A stretch of DNA of 52,708 nt, the filler included, from Catajapyx aquilonaris (lineage: Eukaryota), in assembly GCA_000934665.2 (NCBI GenBank). It is 3 parts of 3 records of this genome, joined end to end, with 100 filler letters (N's around TTAATTAATTAA, not from the genome) between each part and the next. Parts side by side here need not be neighbours in the genome. Positions count along the whole stretch, not along the records: positions 1 to 17,515 come from KZ539618.1; positions 17,616 to 35,120 come from JYFJ02006940.1; 1 more part is not named here. One strand, given 5' to 3'. Positions 11,471 to 24,196 of this stretch are shown piece after piece (position 1 is the first letter of the stretch; each line of letters opens with the position of its first letter). The notes under the pieces are model-generated. The model was not told the origin of the DNA. It worked only from the letters and a program-made list of their open reading frames with translations, and made no database searches. Made by a program: the position numbers and the translations under genes.

Positions 11471-14400
11471 TAATTTAAACAAAATAAATAGAATCTAAAC
11501 AAAACAATTTATTAATAAATTACTAATCGAAATAATAAATTACTAATCGAAGTAATTAATAGTAAATAATAAAATAAATGAGAAATTTTTAATTAACAAT
11601 CTTAAATAAATAACAAAAAATAGTAGAAAATAAAGTAAATAATAAATTTTAATGAACAATTTAAAATAAATAAATTAAAAAATTAAATAACCACAAACAA
11701 ATAAATAAACTAATAAAATAGAATAAAATAATAAACAAATAAATTTAATTAAGTAATGAAACTACTGTGTTTATATTGTATGTCGTTACAGCCCTTAGTA
11801 CACTTTGTTTCTGACAGGGGGTTGGAAATAAGCTGATTTTTTTCCCTGCAGAGCCCCTTACAGCTCTGTTGGCTAGTTTGACTTTGTGATGTCCAAGCGC
11901 AAACATTGGGCCTTGGGGGGACCCCAGCCCTAGAAAGAACTTCAATATTCCTCCTCCTCATGTACCACCAGAGCAATACCGAGAGAAGGGGGAGGTAAAA
12001 CGATGGTTTTGCAAAGCAGGCGAAGTGCAGACGCCGGTCGCTGATTTCTTTTCTCATCTGCTGGGGGTCTGGGCTGGCTGTGTTGCATGCTGCCTCTCAT
12101 TATACGCCCAGATCCTGTTTTCATGTTTGTAATTTGAATGGGAAAGTGGATCCCGCTGCAGGCTAATGATGGATCATGCTAGTGGATGGAGAGGGGAAGG
12201 GAAGGGGAAGAGGGGAGAGGAGGGGAGAAATTATTGCATTGCTGGATGACTTGTGATTCTTTGTTGTGCTTTTGGACTGTCACTCTGAGGTGGGTAGGGT
12301 CGGGTTCGAATTGACGAGGAGAAAATAGGGCGTTTCATTATGTTAGAACTGTTACTAACGATAGAAGTTTGAGTTACAGTTAGTTTGACTGCTAAGGCCA
12401 ATCAGAAATTAATTTTATCAGCGTTTATACAACTGGGCCTATGATCTTACATGCAGCATATCAAGCAGCGAATTTAATACCACATAACTCTAGAAAAATG
12501 ACCAAGAGTCATACACACAATAGTATAAAAACGTACTATTGTTAGAAGCAGAGGACCTGAATCTAGAACCGTTTTCTTCCTGTGGGAACCCAACCTAGTG
12601 CATGTGACACCCAACATATGACTCCTTTTTTAAAACAATTTTCTTTGAGAATATTTTTTTTCTCTCTGGCGCCTGTTTATTACAGAGCATCTCTCCGGTG
12701 CTTCCATGGCTTCTTCTCTTAAAGCCATTTGGCCGTCTTAAGCTTTCCCAACGGTGGAAGGTACTTAGCGCCTCCTTGGCTCAAAGAGTTGTTGGCAAGA
12801 CATTTTTAGCAAACTCAGGAAAAGGGGAGCTTAACTCAAATGATGTTGACGCACCCATTTTTCGAGGCGTAACTGAAAGACTTCTGTTTGTTGACAGCGA
12901 GTCACTACTGATGGCGCTAGTGAGGGGCGTCTCTCCAGATGGCGCTAGTGATGGCGTCTCTCCAGATGGCGTTCACATCGCTTTTGATGTATTTGATCAG
13001 AGTCCAGTTTGATCGATTGGCTTAGTTTGTCTCTGACCTCAGCCAACTTGAGGCTTTTGCTCACCTTTATCTCCTTTGTTGGGGAGGTCACGCCGTCTGG
13101 AATTTTGCTACCGGGATTTCTCTTCCACCTCCCCACTTTTCCTCCCACTCCCCCCCTTCCAGACCGGAAGATAAGGGAAGGGAGCAAAATAGGAGCACGT
13201 ACCGAATTTTAAGCAGGGTTTATTCTTCTCTCGAGGACGCGTCTTCTGGAGAATAGTGATTTAGATTTAATGTCGTGTAGAGAATTTAGACGATAGCTGA
13301 CCTGCAATCAATTTTTTGGAAGGGTTTTGAGATAAGGGCTTTTGGAGGGGTGTCTGGCATAAGTGATATTAATAGGCGATTTGCATCGTTGGTATCTATG
13401 TAAGTGGATGGTTGTAATGTTTGTATGGGGCGTTTGTTTTGATGGTTGTTTATGATGGTGTAAGCGTAATAATAATTTTTAAATAATCGAGCAGGCTTAA
13501 TAATAATTTTTAAACAACGAGTAATCTTAAAAATAATATTTTCAATAATCAAACAAGCTTAATAATATTTAAAAATATAATCGAGTCAACAATTTGTTCC
13601 TAAATTTTCGAATGGTTTTCAAAAACAAGCAGTCCACTGGTCAGTTAATTTTTGAGGTTGTTGTAGGCTACTGTATTTTTTTAAAAAGAAAATATGGCCT
13701 CCATATAGGTCTGGCCAAAGGGTATATTGGCCTTTGACTCTCTGTCTCCGCCTCCAAAAACCGCCGCAAGTCTCAAAAGATCTTTTTTTAAAAAAAACGC
13801 GACATTGGAAGACTCCAACAAAAAAATGGGTCAACAAAAGAGTGACAGTAACATCGAAATATCTAAAAGTTTCCAAGTCCTCTCTATTGAAATTTCAAAC
13901 TTCCTCTCTTTTTCTCTATAGATTCTTCCCTTCTCCTTGGAAACTTTTTGAAGACCATGCCCAGCATATCGATCTTCGAAGCTTGAAAAGAACTGGAGGA
14001 AATACAGGGTGGGTGTGACAGAAAAAAATCAGTGCTGATTGTAATGTTGGAACTTTTTTTGGGGTGCTCTATGTCTATCTCTATCTTCCTCTGATTAGAT
14101 TTTCTTCTGGCAGCTGTCAGTTGGAACTACCTGCTTCTAAGGAAAAGACCAAAAAAGGCATATAGCATTTTAAAATAATTTTTTGCATTATTAAAATTTT
14201 TTAATTTAATATATTTTAAAAAGTCATGTTCTTGGCTCCAGCTTGGCTTTCGAACAATGGAGCAAGGAGCAGGAAAAGCGCTTCATATTCATTTGAAATC
14301 GCTCGTTTGGTGACAGCTGTCTGAATGCTAGGTTTCTTTTGGTGGGGAGAAGCGGGGAAAGGGAGTCGAGGGGGAAGAAGGAAACGGTTCTGAGACTGCC

Positions 14401-14520
14401 TCCCCTCAGGCTCTGTTCATGCTTGTCAACCGAATGGATATATCTGTTCTGGGAGACGATTGTGCAAACCTGAAGTTGTTCTGGGAGTTAAAATATGGTA
14501 TTGTTGGGCTCAGAATCAGA

Positions 14521-14694
14521 GTACTGCAACGCTGGGGCTAGCTCAAGGACGGAGGGAAAGGGGAGCTGTACTGCAACGCTGGGGCCAGCTCAAGGACGAG
14601 GGGAAAGGGGAGCTGTACTGCAACGCTGGGGCCAGCTCAAGGACGAGGGAAAGGGGAGCTGTACTGCAACGCTGGGGCCAGCTCAAGGACGAGG
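14521..14694. repeat. 46-47 bp tandem repeat, ~3.7 copies
   Basis: Unit gtactgcaacgctggggccagctcaaggacgagggaaaggggagct. Confidence 0.95.
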
Positions 14695-15419
14695 TGTGAG
14701 GGGACCAAAACCGGCCCCTCCTTCACTTTCTTTAGCAGTAATTGTTTGAGGGATACTTTCCTCCAACCAACGTAGAAGTGACGATGTGAATATGACAAAT
14801 TATTTGACTGCCGCCATTTTTAGTACATTTCCAGCGCATTACATCCAAGCTAGAAAATTGAAGATAATTCCATTTGGCGCCTAATTCCGATTTCCTTCGA
14901 ATATAGGATTAGCCCACGTTCCGTCTCTCGAGGGGTATTACCTAGTACGTGCGATTCCGAGCTAGACAGTTAGTAATTGAGAATCCATACCATTATACCT
15001 ATTTCCAAACCGAAGACAAGGGATAAAACCTGTCATATTTTCCCAACGATACGTATGTAGACTACTGATGGTTTTTTTCCCTGTAGCGTACCGTACCTTA
15101 ACACGGTAGGTTGATCCGGTTCGATTGGATTTCCATTTGCTGATCCAATAGGGCGTCAGCTGCACAGATTGCAGGATTATACAGCAGATTTGGCTTCCAT
15201 GCAGGTGGTTCCCTGGAATATTTTTTTTCCGCCATATTTCCGGGGCGAGGGGTCCGGATAAAACACCGTTACCCACTTATCCGGAACTGAATCAATTTGA
15301 TATTAAATGTGTTAGAAAGTGTTAGAATTATGTGTGATCTTCAGGTGGGTGTTGCCATTTTTGGGCCCAAAATTTTTGACCTATTTCGATATTGAGTGTT
15401 GGATAATATTTTTTTGAAG

Positions 15420-15830
15420 AAAGCTACTTCTTTGATACAGTGTTACTTTTAGCAGTTGTCCAAAATAACAGCAGCCGATTTCAGGAGCTATTTTGAGTTA
15501 CTTTTAGCAGATTCAAAAAAATTTGACAACTGCTAAATGTAACTCAAATTAGCTTTTTGTATCAACTTTTAAATTAGCAGCTATTTTGGACAACTGCTAA
15601 AATTAAAAGCACCAAAACAACCTTTTGAATCCGCCTTCAAAATTAGCAAATACACGTATCACTAAGAACAACTGCTGAATGATATTGCACCAAAATAGCT
15701 CTTTGATACAACTTTTTAATTACATATTTTTATTATTTAATAATAACTGCTAATTTTAAAAAGTTGATTCAAAAAGGCATGTTAATATATTTTTAGCGGT
15801 ATGTTACCCAAAAAATAGCATGTAATTTCC
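15420..15830. repeat. Degenerate TAGCAG/CTGCTA motif array in mixed orientation
   Basis: Repeated gttacttttagcagtt, aactgctaaa and agctatttt motifs, related to the 1-660 array. Confidence 0.6.
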
Positions 15831-16434
15831 AAAAAAAGGCGTATCTTAGGAGTGAATGGTAATGACTACGAGTGTACCCTGAGTATCCCGCATGTTTTAG
15901 CTAATTGCGACATGCAATTAGTGCACTCCAATCGTTTTAAAAAAAACTTTCAGTCTGCGAGGTCTTACACGCAGTAAAACTCCTTCCGGGGGAAAAACCC
16001 TGGTGAGGCAATTCTTGTAAAAACAAAAGCAGCTATTTCCTCTCTGAAATTTCCGGAAGAACTTTTTTTTTCCTTATTTGGCAGAGAAGTGGAGAGAAAT
16101 AAAACTAGTTAGCAAGCAGAATTAATTAAAAGAAATGAAAGGATGGTGGCGGTGGGGGTTAATAGGTACGAAAGTTTTTTGGGAGGGGGTAGAGGGGGGG
16201 GGGGCAAAAGCATGGGGCGGTGCATGGGGGCGAATTAGCTTTGGGGCGATGTGCGGACCCCATTCAATCCCACCGCCACTGGAGCTGTCGGCATGTCGTA
16301 ATGAGTCGCATTCAGGGGGCGAGCTAAAGCAAATGAAATTCCGCTCCCACCGTGCAAGCCTGCTTGCCTCAGTCCAATAACCTGGGGGGACACACTTTGC
16401 TGGGGTAAAAAGAGGGGGTACGTGTTGCGGCACG

Positions 16435-17210
16435 GGAAAAACCTGGAGGGGGAGTGGGGAAAAAACCAGGTGGCAGGAAACAGATTCGGTGGGGCGAGAC
16501 ACAAAAACAAGGGACGCGTGGACCGAGAGTGGGGGCAAACCTGGAGCATGTGTAGAGAGTGGGGAACACCTAGGATCAGGTGTACAAAGAGTGGGGGGGG
16601 GGGGGGGGGAAACCNNNNNNNNNNNNNNNNNNNNNNNNNNNNNNNNNNNNNNNNNNNNNNNNNNNNNNNNNNNNNNNNNNNNNNNNNNNNNAGAGAGTGG
16701 GGAAAATCCAGGAGCATGACTGTGGAGAGAGTGGGGGAAAATCCAGGAGCATGACTGTGAAGAGAGTGGGGAAAATCCAGGAGCATATACATGTACATAC
16801 AGAGTGGGGAGCACCATGGAACATGTTTACAGAGACTGGGGAAACACCCAGTCTCATCATGTCTACCGAGTGGAGAGTGGGGAAAGACCAGGAGCATGTG
16901 GAAAGAATAGGGAACACACTACTAGACACTAGAGTGGGGAAAACCCTGGGGCAAAAGTATAGAAACTGGGGAGTGTATAGTAGATAATGATAATAAATTA
17001 TTGGCAACACCCTGGAGCATGACTGTTTAGAGAGTGGGGAACACCCTGGAGCATGCTTAGAGAGTGGGGAAACCCTAGATCATGGGCAGATTATTGGAGA
17101 AAACCCTGTAACATGACTGTATACAAAGCATGGTAAAAACTTGGAACATGTGTACAAAATGTGGGAGAAAACATGGAACATGGGTAGAGAGTCGTGGAAA
17201 ACCCTGGAAC
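16435..17210. repeat. G-rich degenerate minisatellite (~30-40 bp units)
   Basis: About 20 units of AGAGAGTGGGGAAAA(T/C)CC(A/T)GGAGCATG, spanning an assembly gap. Confidence 0.9.
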
Positions 17211-17515
17211 CAGCCCTCACGTTACGTCTAGTGACATTCCCCCTCTTTGTTTTCATTTTCTTCTCCAACTTTTCAGGACCAATAAGTGGCCACTCGCCTC
17301 CCAAGAGGAAGTCTCCTTCACGTCACGTTCAGGCGACACGTGCCGGGGTGTAAGGGACAGCTAATTGCCAGAGGAGTTCGCAGTGGTGACGAGGCATTTT
17401 GCGAGCTAACGAGTTCAAAGAGAGGGGTAGGAGGGTTTGCAAAAGCTGCTGGGCCGATGACCAAGCTGGGGGTGAGCGGGGCAGAGGGACGCGATGAGTG
17501 GGGGGGAGGGCGAGG

Positions 17516-17615
17516 NNNNNNNNNNNNNNNNNNNNNNNNNNNNNNNNNNNNNNNNNNNNTTAATTAATTAANNNNNNNNNNNNNNNNNNNNNNNNNNNNN
17601 NNNNNNNNNNNNNNN
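17516..17615. other. Artificial contig spacer
   Basis: N44-TTAATTAATTAA-N44 (stops in all six frames), exactly 100 nt. Confidence 0.98.
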
Positions 17616-17829
17616 CCCCCCCAGCTCAAAACCGTGGTTACTCCGCTGCTAACAACAAGAGGCAGAAAAAACGTTCCCCTGAAAAATTTGTGATTTTGGA
17701 GTTATGGGCGTTTTCATTCTGGGTGCTTCAATTGTAATCGCCGTAGCTTCAAAACTTAGCTAAGGTCATCTCTGCACGTGTTACCGTTTTTGAATAAAGA
17801 AATACGCGCCGTGACTTTTGACTCAACCT
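17616..17829. mobile_element. One end of a Tc1/mariner-type element, cut by the contig start
   Basis: Ends ...gtgacttttgactcaacctg|TA, i.e. TA|CAGGTTGAGTCAAAAGTCAC on the other strand. Confidence 0.55.
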
Positions 17830-17991
17830 GTATATAGGGGACCGCAGATTGATGGTTCTTACTAACTATTCAATGTAATTTTTTTAAATAAGCTCTTAGG
17901 GCCAAATAATCTGTAATCGCTACAGACGTTTTAGTTAAAACATGCAGTAGGCTATACATGCAGTCTTATGTGCAGTGCCCGTAAGTTTATT

Positions 17992-17992
17992 A

Positions 17993-18067
<75 letters not shown>

Positions 18068-18403
18068 CCTTGGGTAGTGCCTGACCCTATATAGGGTATG
18101 CGGCACGGACCTTTATTATACTTGAAGTACAATGCAGTACAATGCTGGAACCTTGAGCGAATCGCCCGAGCCCACGGGCAGGATGACAGGAGGGGATGTG
18201 CATGGTACAGTGCAATGTCTTTATGTGGCCATTTTAGTGAACTCCCCCGGGTGGTTTAGTCTGTTGGAAATACCACCCGAGACGAAGCCAGAGGTGACCC
18301 TGAACTCTGCACGAGATGAAGGGGGTGTCCCCGGGTTGGGATCGAACCCGGGACCTTAACATCCGTGGGCGCATACGTTACCGCAGCACCACTCCGCCTC
18401 CCC
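17992..18403 (-). mobile_element. tRNA-derived SINE, family B, (TTA)n tail
   Basis: Head GGGAGGCGGAGTGGTGCTGCGGTAAC...GGGTTCGATCCC (A and B boxes). 19-bp TSD CAGTGCCCGTAAGTTTATT at 17973-17991 and 18404-18422. Confidence 0.93.
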
Positions 18404-20053
18404 CAGTGCCCGTAAGTTTATTGGTGACAGATAACTGACAGTTGTTATTATCATTGCACCTTGATTCTTCCAGAAAACCCTTCTGAAGACTCCAGCCTAA
18501 TTGGTAAAGGTGACTGGCTCTTCACTACATTCACTGGTTACAAACAGTATATATGTTGTTATACTGCACTTTTAAGTAACTTGTGATGTTTCTTTGCCCA
18601 GTGAACCACAGTAAATTAAAACTGGAACCATTTGTTAGAGCCTCCCGGCATTAACTTATTCATATATTTTCTATTGATGTAGTCACGCTACAGTTTATTG
18701 TTTTACCGCACTTGGAACAAGTTTTGAACGACCCTGAATTTCAATACCAGCCAAATAATTTGCATTCATTGATTTGACCTCAAAGGAGCGCGAGAGAAAT
18801 TAATCCTGAAGGGAGTGGAAGAAAAAATTGATTTTAAAAAAACTTCACTGCCAGAGCCCTGAAGAAATTTTGTGGCCTTCCTCCATACTACCAGTTCCAT
18901 TCTGACAAAATATTTGCGAGAATCTCTTCCTACGGCTTGGAGAGTAACTCAAAACATTATAGTCCATGCAATTATTTATTTATTTTAAACAATATAATGA
19001 AGCTGTTGTGGTCTAGTGCATTCTCCTTGAAGTATGTAGTTGCATGTGAATAAGGGTTGGGAGGGGATAGGTTGGCTCTTGCTTGGCTTGCTTGCTTGGA
19101 TGCTTGCACGCGGGTGGGGGAGGAGGGTAGAGGACGTCGGTGGGGAGAAAAGGGGAGGTTAGGAAACAAAGATGATTGTCTGGTGCAGCTGACAACTCTG
19201 ATGCCCTTTCTCACACTCTCGGGGGCAAGCCGAGGGCTCCCCGCAATGGATCCTGGGCCTGCTTGACACTCGCCTCGCTTGTCTCACCAAATGCGCCATT
19301 TGATTGTGGGAAGTCTCTTCTGAAACCCCCACCTCACCATGCCGACAACACCAACCCCATTTTCCCCCCTTTCCACTTCCTACTTCCCGTGTTCGCTTCA
19401 TTTTGTAGGCCAGTATACTAGGGTACACTGGATTCACTACCATACCCTAGTGGAGCGGTGCTCGCAGCGTGGTACTTGTGCCAACACTATAGGAACCGGC
19501 ATCACGTACCGGATTTAGCATTGTATTGCCATGCTGTGGCAAATGAGGAACTTGCTAATTGATCATGAAATTGTCAGATGCTGGCATTTTTTATGTACTT
19601 TCGTAATTATATGTTTCAATTTCATTCAATATGACAGGGTGAGTAATTTTGACAACCTAATTGAGTCATATAATGGCATCCAACCATAGTTTTGCAGATA
19701 CATATGATACGGTATTATTGTAGAGTATTGGATTTCTAAATACTCGCGCAAAACGCTCAATGCATGAACCGCATATAGTTACGATACCATGTTGGCAAAT
19801 GAAAGACATTCATAATGGTATACATTCTTCAAAAAAAAATAAAAACTTGTTTTAAGCGTAGGGTGTAGTGTACAGGTATTCCAGAGTTTGCCACTGAAGT
19901 TTGAAGTATACTGATGAATAGCTTTGATTGTGTACGATTAGAGTCATTATTATGATTAATCAATAGTCAAACTGGGCATTTAACTGGGTAGGGCAGGGAA
20001 ATTTTTTTAGACACTTGCCTCAGTCACCTCATCTTAACATTTTACAGGCAGTT

Positions 20054-20385
20054 TTTTTTTCCTGTACCCCATTATCGGACCTTGGGCCCTTATTAAGGGA
20101 GTTGGATACCACTATTTTTGGGAACCATATAATATATATATATGTTAATTGTTCCAAGGGTAAGTATAGGAGGGGATGTGCAAAGTGCAAGTGCGCTGTC
20201 GTTAATTGGTCATTTTGTGAACTCCCCCGGGTGGCTTAGTCTATCGGAAATTGCCACCCGAAACGAAGCCAGAGATGGCCCAACTCTGCACGAAAGAAGG
20301 TGGGAACCCCGGGTGGGGATTGAACCCGGGACCTTAACTTCTGTGGGCGCGCGCGTTACCGCGGCGCCACTCCGTCTCCCCTACG
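20054..20385 (-). mobile_element. tRNA-derived SINE, family B, poly(A) tail
   Basis: Same head and body as 17992-18403. 15-bp TSD ATTTTACAGGCAGTT at 20039-20053 and 20386-20400. Confidence 0.92.
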
Positions 20386-22613
20386 ATTTTACAGGCAGTT
20401 ATGAATATACCATTATAAAGTACTACGTTATATGAACTTTCCAGCGATGTATGTAACGCAATGAGGCCAATGACACGCTTAGAGGTGAGGTGACAGGAGC
20501 AACGATAAAATAATGATCATCCACGAGAATTTTCCCGAAACCGATTTGGGCTGTTATGAAACAGGTTGTATAATTTGTTGCACAGAAGAGTTGTTGTGTT
20601 TTCAAAAATTACATTTTATGGCAGTACCTGCCAACGTCTAACACTCTTGACAAATAAAAAAGTTGCATAATTATTTTTTGTTCGCAGTGACGTGTATTAA
20701 GCTTGTTCAAAAGAAAGACCCCAGGGAACAATCTCCCCACCCCTTACCGACCTGCGGGCTGGGCAAGGACTGCCTTGCCACCGACATGAGCACAGCATAT
20801 GGCCTCGCTTGAGAGGAGTCTGGCTTGCACATAAAATTCCCCATCTCCCCCAGCCATCTCTATACAGTATACCGTATGATACTTAACAACGAATTAAATT
20901 ATGTTATGTCTGTCATGTGGGAAATTTTTTATTATATAGTGCTCATTTACACCAAAATAATATTTTGAAGGTTTAATAGAGTGCCATACACCTTCAAAAT
21001 AATTGAGAAGCTAAGAGGTTCATATCTTTTTCTACGAACATCAGAAGACAGTAGGTTTATAACACAAGAAAATCATCCTTTGGGTGTGTCATGCTTTTTG
21101 TTGAATTCCTATTATCAAATGTGTATTAATGCCATTGTTTTATACCCGAGTTGACTTCTGAAGTATACAACATGCTATATAGCACAGCAGCTTTATGGCA
21201 AAGGTACGGGATAGCATAACACTGGGTCGCAAACGCCAGCAAGGGCAAAGTCCCGAGAGGTGGGACACCTGGCTGGAGCCCTTCAGAGCCGACAAGAGGT
21301 CCTCTTTTGCTCCGAGAGCCGAACGGAGAGGTTAGGTAAAGGAGAGGCAGTCCCGGAAGAGAGCTTCTTCAACTACTCTTCCTCCACCACCCCCACCCCC
21401 TCGTCCTTGTACCCTCCCCCCCCCCTCCAAGAAAACTTAACCCTATCATGCAGAGACCTCAGATTCCTTTTGCGTTTTGGAGCACAGCCATTGTTGGGGG
21501 ATCATTACAATCTTGCCGAAAGCAATGAGGTCAAGGTTCAAGTTTGGGTGTGTTTGGCATCACATTTGTGCGATGCAAAGAGAACTTTTCTTTTACTCGT
21601 GCTAGTCGTGCAGTCGGAAGACGGCAGCCATCAGCAGGCAAGTTATCATGATTTAAAGCAATGACATTTCTCTACAAACGTTATTTCACATCCTCTTAAG
21701 ATGCGAACACTCTCATACATTTACATTTCTACGGATATTAGCGAGATTTCTTGCATGAATGGCATGCTAGCCATATGTCAATTGAAAACGATCATCAGAT
21801 TTCTAGAACATTTTACTTTCCATCCTTCGGCTCAAATTCTGAAAGGGTATAAAATTCATTCTTTGAATACCACAAAGGCGATTTTTAGGTGCATAAATAA
21901 AACCTCAAATTTTTGTGAATGTGCGTTAAAATGATAACAAGTGCACGTAATAAGTCTTATTTCCAGAAGAATATTTCGTTGCAAAATTGCACTGAATAAG
22001 GCTTGCAACTTTGAATAATCACATTAGAAAGAAACACGAATTCCAGCTGCTTCAATTTCTCACTATGGCTTCATAAATGTTGCACTCTCTGCTTTCTCTG
22101 ACGAAGAACATTATTTTGTTGAAGATCGGTGTCTCAAAAAAACATCTCGATGGTCAAGACAGGACAGGCAAGTGGAGAGTGACATTCATAACCTGTGTAG
22201 AGATATCCTCTTTCATTTAATTACTGTATAACATTTTAATGATCGCAAAATGAGATTCATATCCTCAATGGCAGTTGCTATGTTTGTGCTGGATTAGAGT
22301 TTTCAGGTTAAAAACGAGACTTTGCTCTGCATATTTAACACACTTTTGTCCTAAGTGCGAATAAACACGTACAGTTCCTAAGTGTATTTTCAATGCTGCA
22401 CCATTACAAAAACACCTGAAGGTCTATTATTTTGGTACCAAACTATGCGTATTGGCTTGGTGATATTCCCACCAGACGTAACTCAAAGCTGGGCGGTCAA
22501 AAATGTGACACACCAGTTCTTTGAAATAAAGTCTTCAATTACTGTACTATGTGCTTGTTGCTTTCTCATGGATTATTAACTGCAGTAGTCAGGGAGTGAA
22601 ATCAGTGAATATA

Positions 22614-23629
22614 CAGCGTGTTCCCGAATTCGTCTGCCAAAATGATATGGGTGGTAGGGGATGCGCATGGATAAAGCATGGCATGAGTCCGAAAGGCCGG
22701 TGACGACATTGACGTTGACGATTTCTATTCTGACAACTATGGATACTCCCATACATGTCTGCATCGCTGGTTGCTGAAGTCAGGCCGGTTGAGCAACGGT
22801 CTGGGCTAAAGGCCGGTATCGACGTAAAAGTTTCTCGGGCACGAGTCCTCTTGAGCGAGGAATCTTGTCCTTCTTCTAGAGACTTTAGAGTCGAGACCTT
22901 TTTCTCCGTGGGCCGCATAGAGATTTTAAAACATTTGGCTGGCCGCATCTAACAAAAGAAATTTCAACTTATAAAAAAGTTTACAATTATAATTATATCC
23001 AGCGCTTTAAATGAACTTCCATTAATTGCATAAATTACCATTAATTATCTGAAAATCGATAAAATTAGCTAAATATATCAATGAAAATGGCCTGTATATA
23101 TAAATGAAAAGTAACGTTTTTGTGGATTTAAAAGAATTAAACAGAAAGGTACAGGCCCATAAAACTTCGCAATTTTAATTTTTCAAAATTTTCAGGAATT
23201 CCGACATTTTTACGCGGGCCGCACAAATTGTCTTCGCGGGCCGAAGGTTGCCCACTCCTGCTCTCGACGGACTCTATGTCGCCTCGGGGCCCCTCTAGTC
23301 CCTCGGAAAGGGAATTAAAGTTGAAAATTTTCTACTTTTTCTCGTCCCTCTGATCCGGGCACGTGCAGTTGGCTCCTCGTGCAGAGAAAACAGTTACGTG
23401 GATACGGCCCTCAAGACCGTGGGTCTTAGAGTGCGAGCCCCTGGCCCCAGCAACCAGCAATGCTGGCATGCACGGGTGTATCCATTCTTGTCAGGATACA
23501 CACGTCTCTGTCAAAGGTCGACATCTCCAAACCGGATCGTCGCCGGCCTTTAGGGCCCATACCATGCCTCTTCCATACGCACCCTCTACCACTTGTATCA
23601 TATTGGTAGATGAATTTGTGAACACGCTG
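22614..23629. mobile_element. Long-TIR Tc1/mariner-type non-autonomous element
   Basis: TA|CAGCGTGTTC...GAACACGCTG|TA with >200 bp diverged inverted arms. Confidence 0.85.
22882..23260. mobile_element. hAT (Charlie-like) MITE nested in the previous element
   Basis: Right end AGGTTGCCCACTCCTG and repeated GCGGGCCGCA subterminal motifs. Flanks TTCTAGAG and CTCTCGAC resemble the NTCTAGAN target. The left TIR is degraded. Confidence 0.65.
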
Positions 23630-24073
23630 TATAGAGGACTTTATTTTGTGATATTTTAGCGCTTAAGAGAACAACTATCCAAGCGGAGCTCGTGGTGTTC
23701 AGAATCCTTCAGATAGTTTTTTTAAAAATGACAATAAGTCCCACGTTTCTCTATTTTGTGCAATTCACCTCCATTGAGCTTTATTAGAAAAACCAAACAG
23801 TGCAGTATTCCAGCTCCCCTGGGACTTCCTATACAACATAAGAACTAGTAATAATTCACACATTCCAAGAAGCAATAATTTATATCTATACAGTCGAGAT
23901 CGGTATAAAACATTTTAAACCATCTGTATCACAGAAGTTTACTTTAGAAGTTTGCCTGAATCATTATGAAACATCCTGTACTGTACAAATGGCCATAAGT
24001 CACATTTTAAGAATTCTCCAGTAAGATCGAGGGTGATATACTGTAGCCTACTGGTATACAGTAGGATAACTTT

Positions 24074-24196
24074 GGTCCGGTTGTATTAAACATTCTTTAA
24101 GAGTGACTATGGAGTTAGCTCTTGTTACATGATTGTATATACAAGTAGACTAACTCCACCATAGTTACCCTTAACGAATATTTATACAACCGGCCC
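24074..24196. mobile_element. PIF/Harbinger-like palindromic MITE
   Basis: GGTCCGGTTGTATTAAA...TATTTATACAACCGGCCC, self-complementary over its length, TTT on both flanks. Confidence 0.7.

Noticed and set aside
16122..17010. Several long overlapping ORFs
   Set aside because: Products of a stop-poor minisatellite and an N gap.
16435..17210. CRISPR-like repeat/spacer pattern
   Set aside because: The cores are degenerate, and the linkers are short and related to each other. It is a minisatellite.
17560..17571. TTAATTAATTAA as a piggyBac target or regulatory site
   Set aside because: Part of the artificial spacer.
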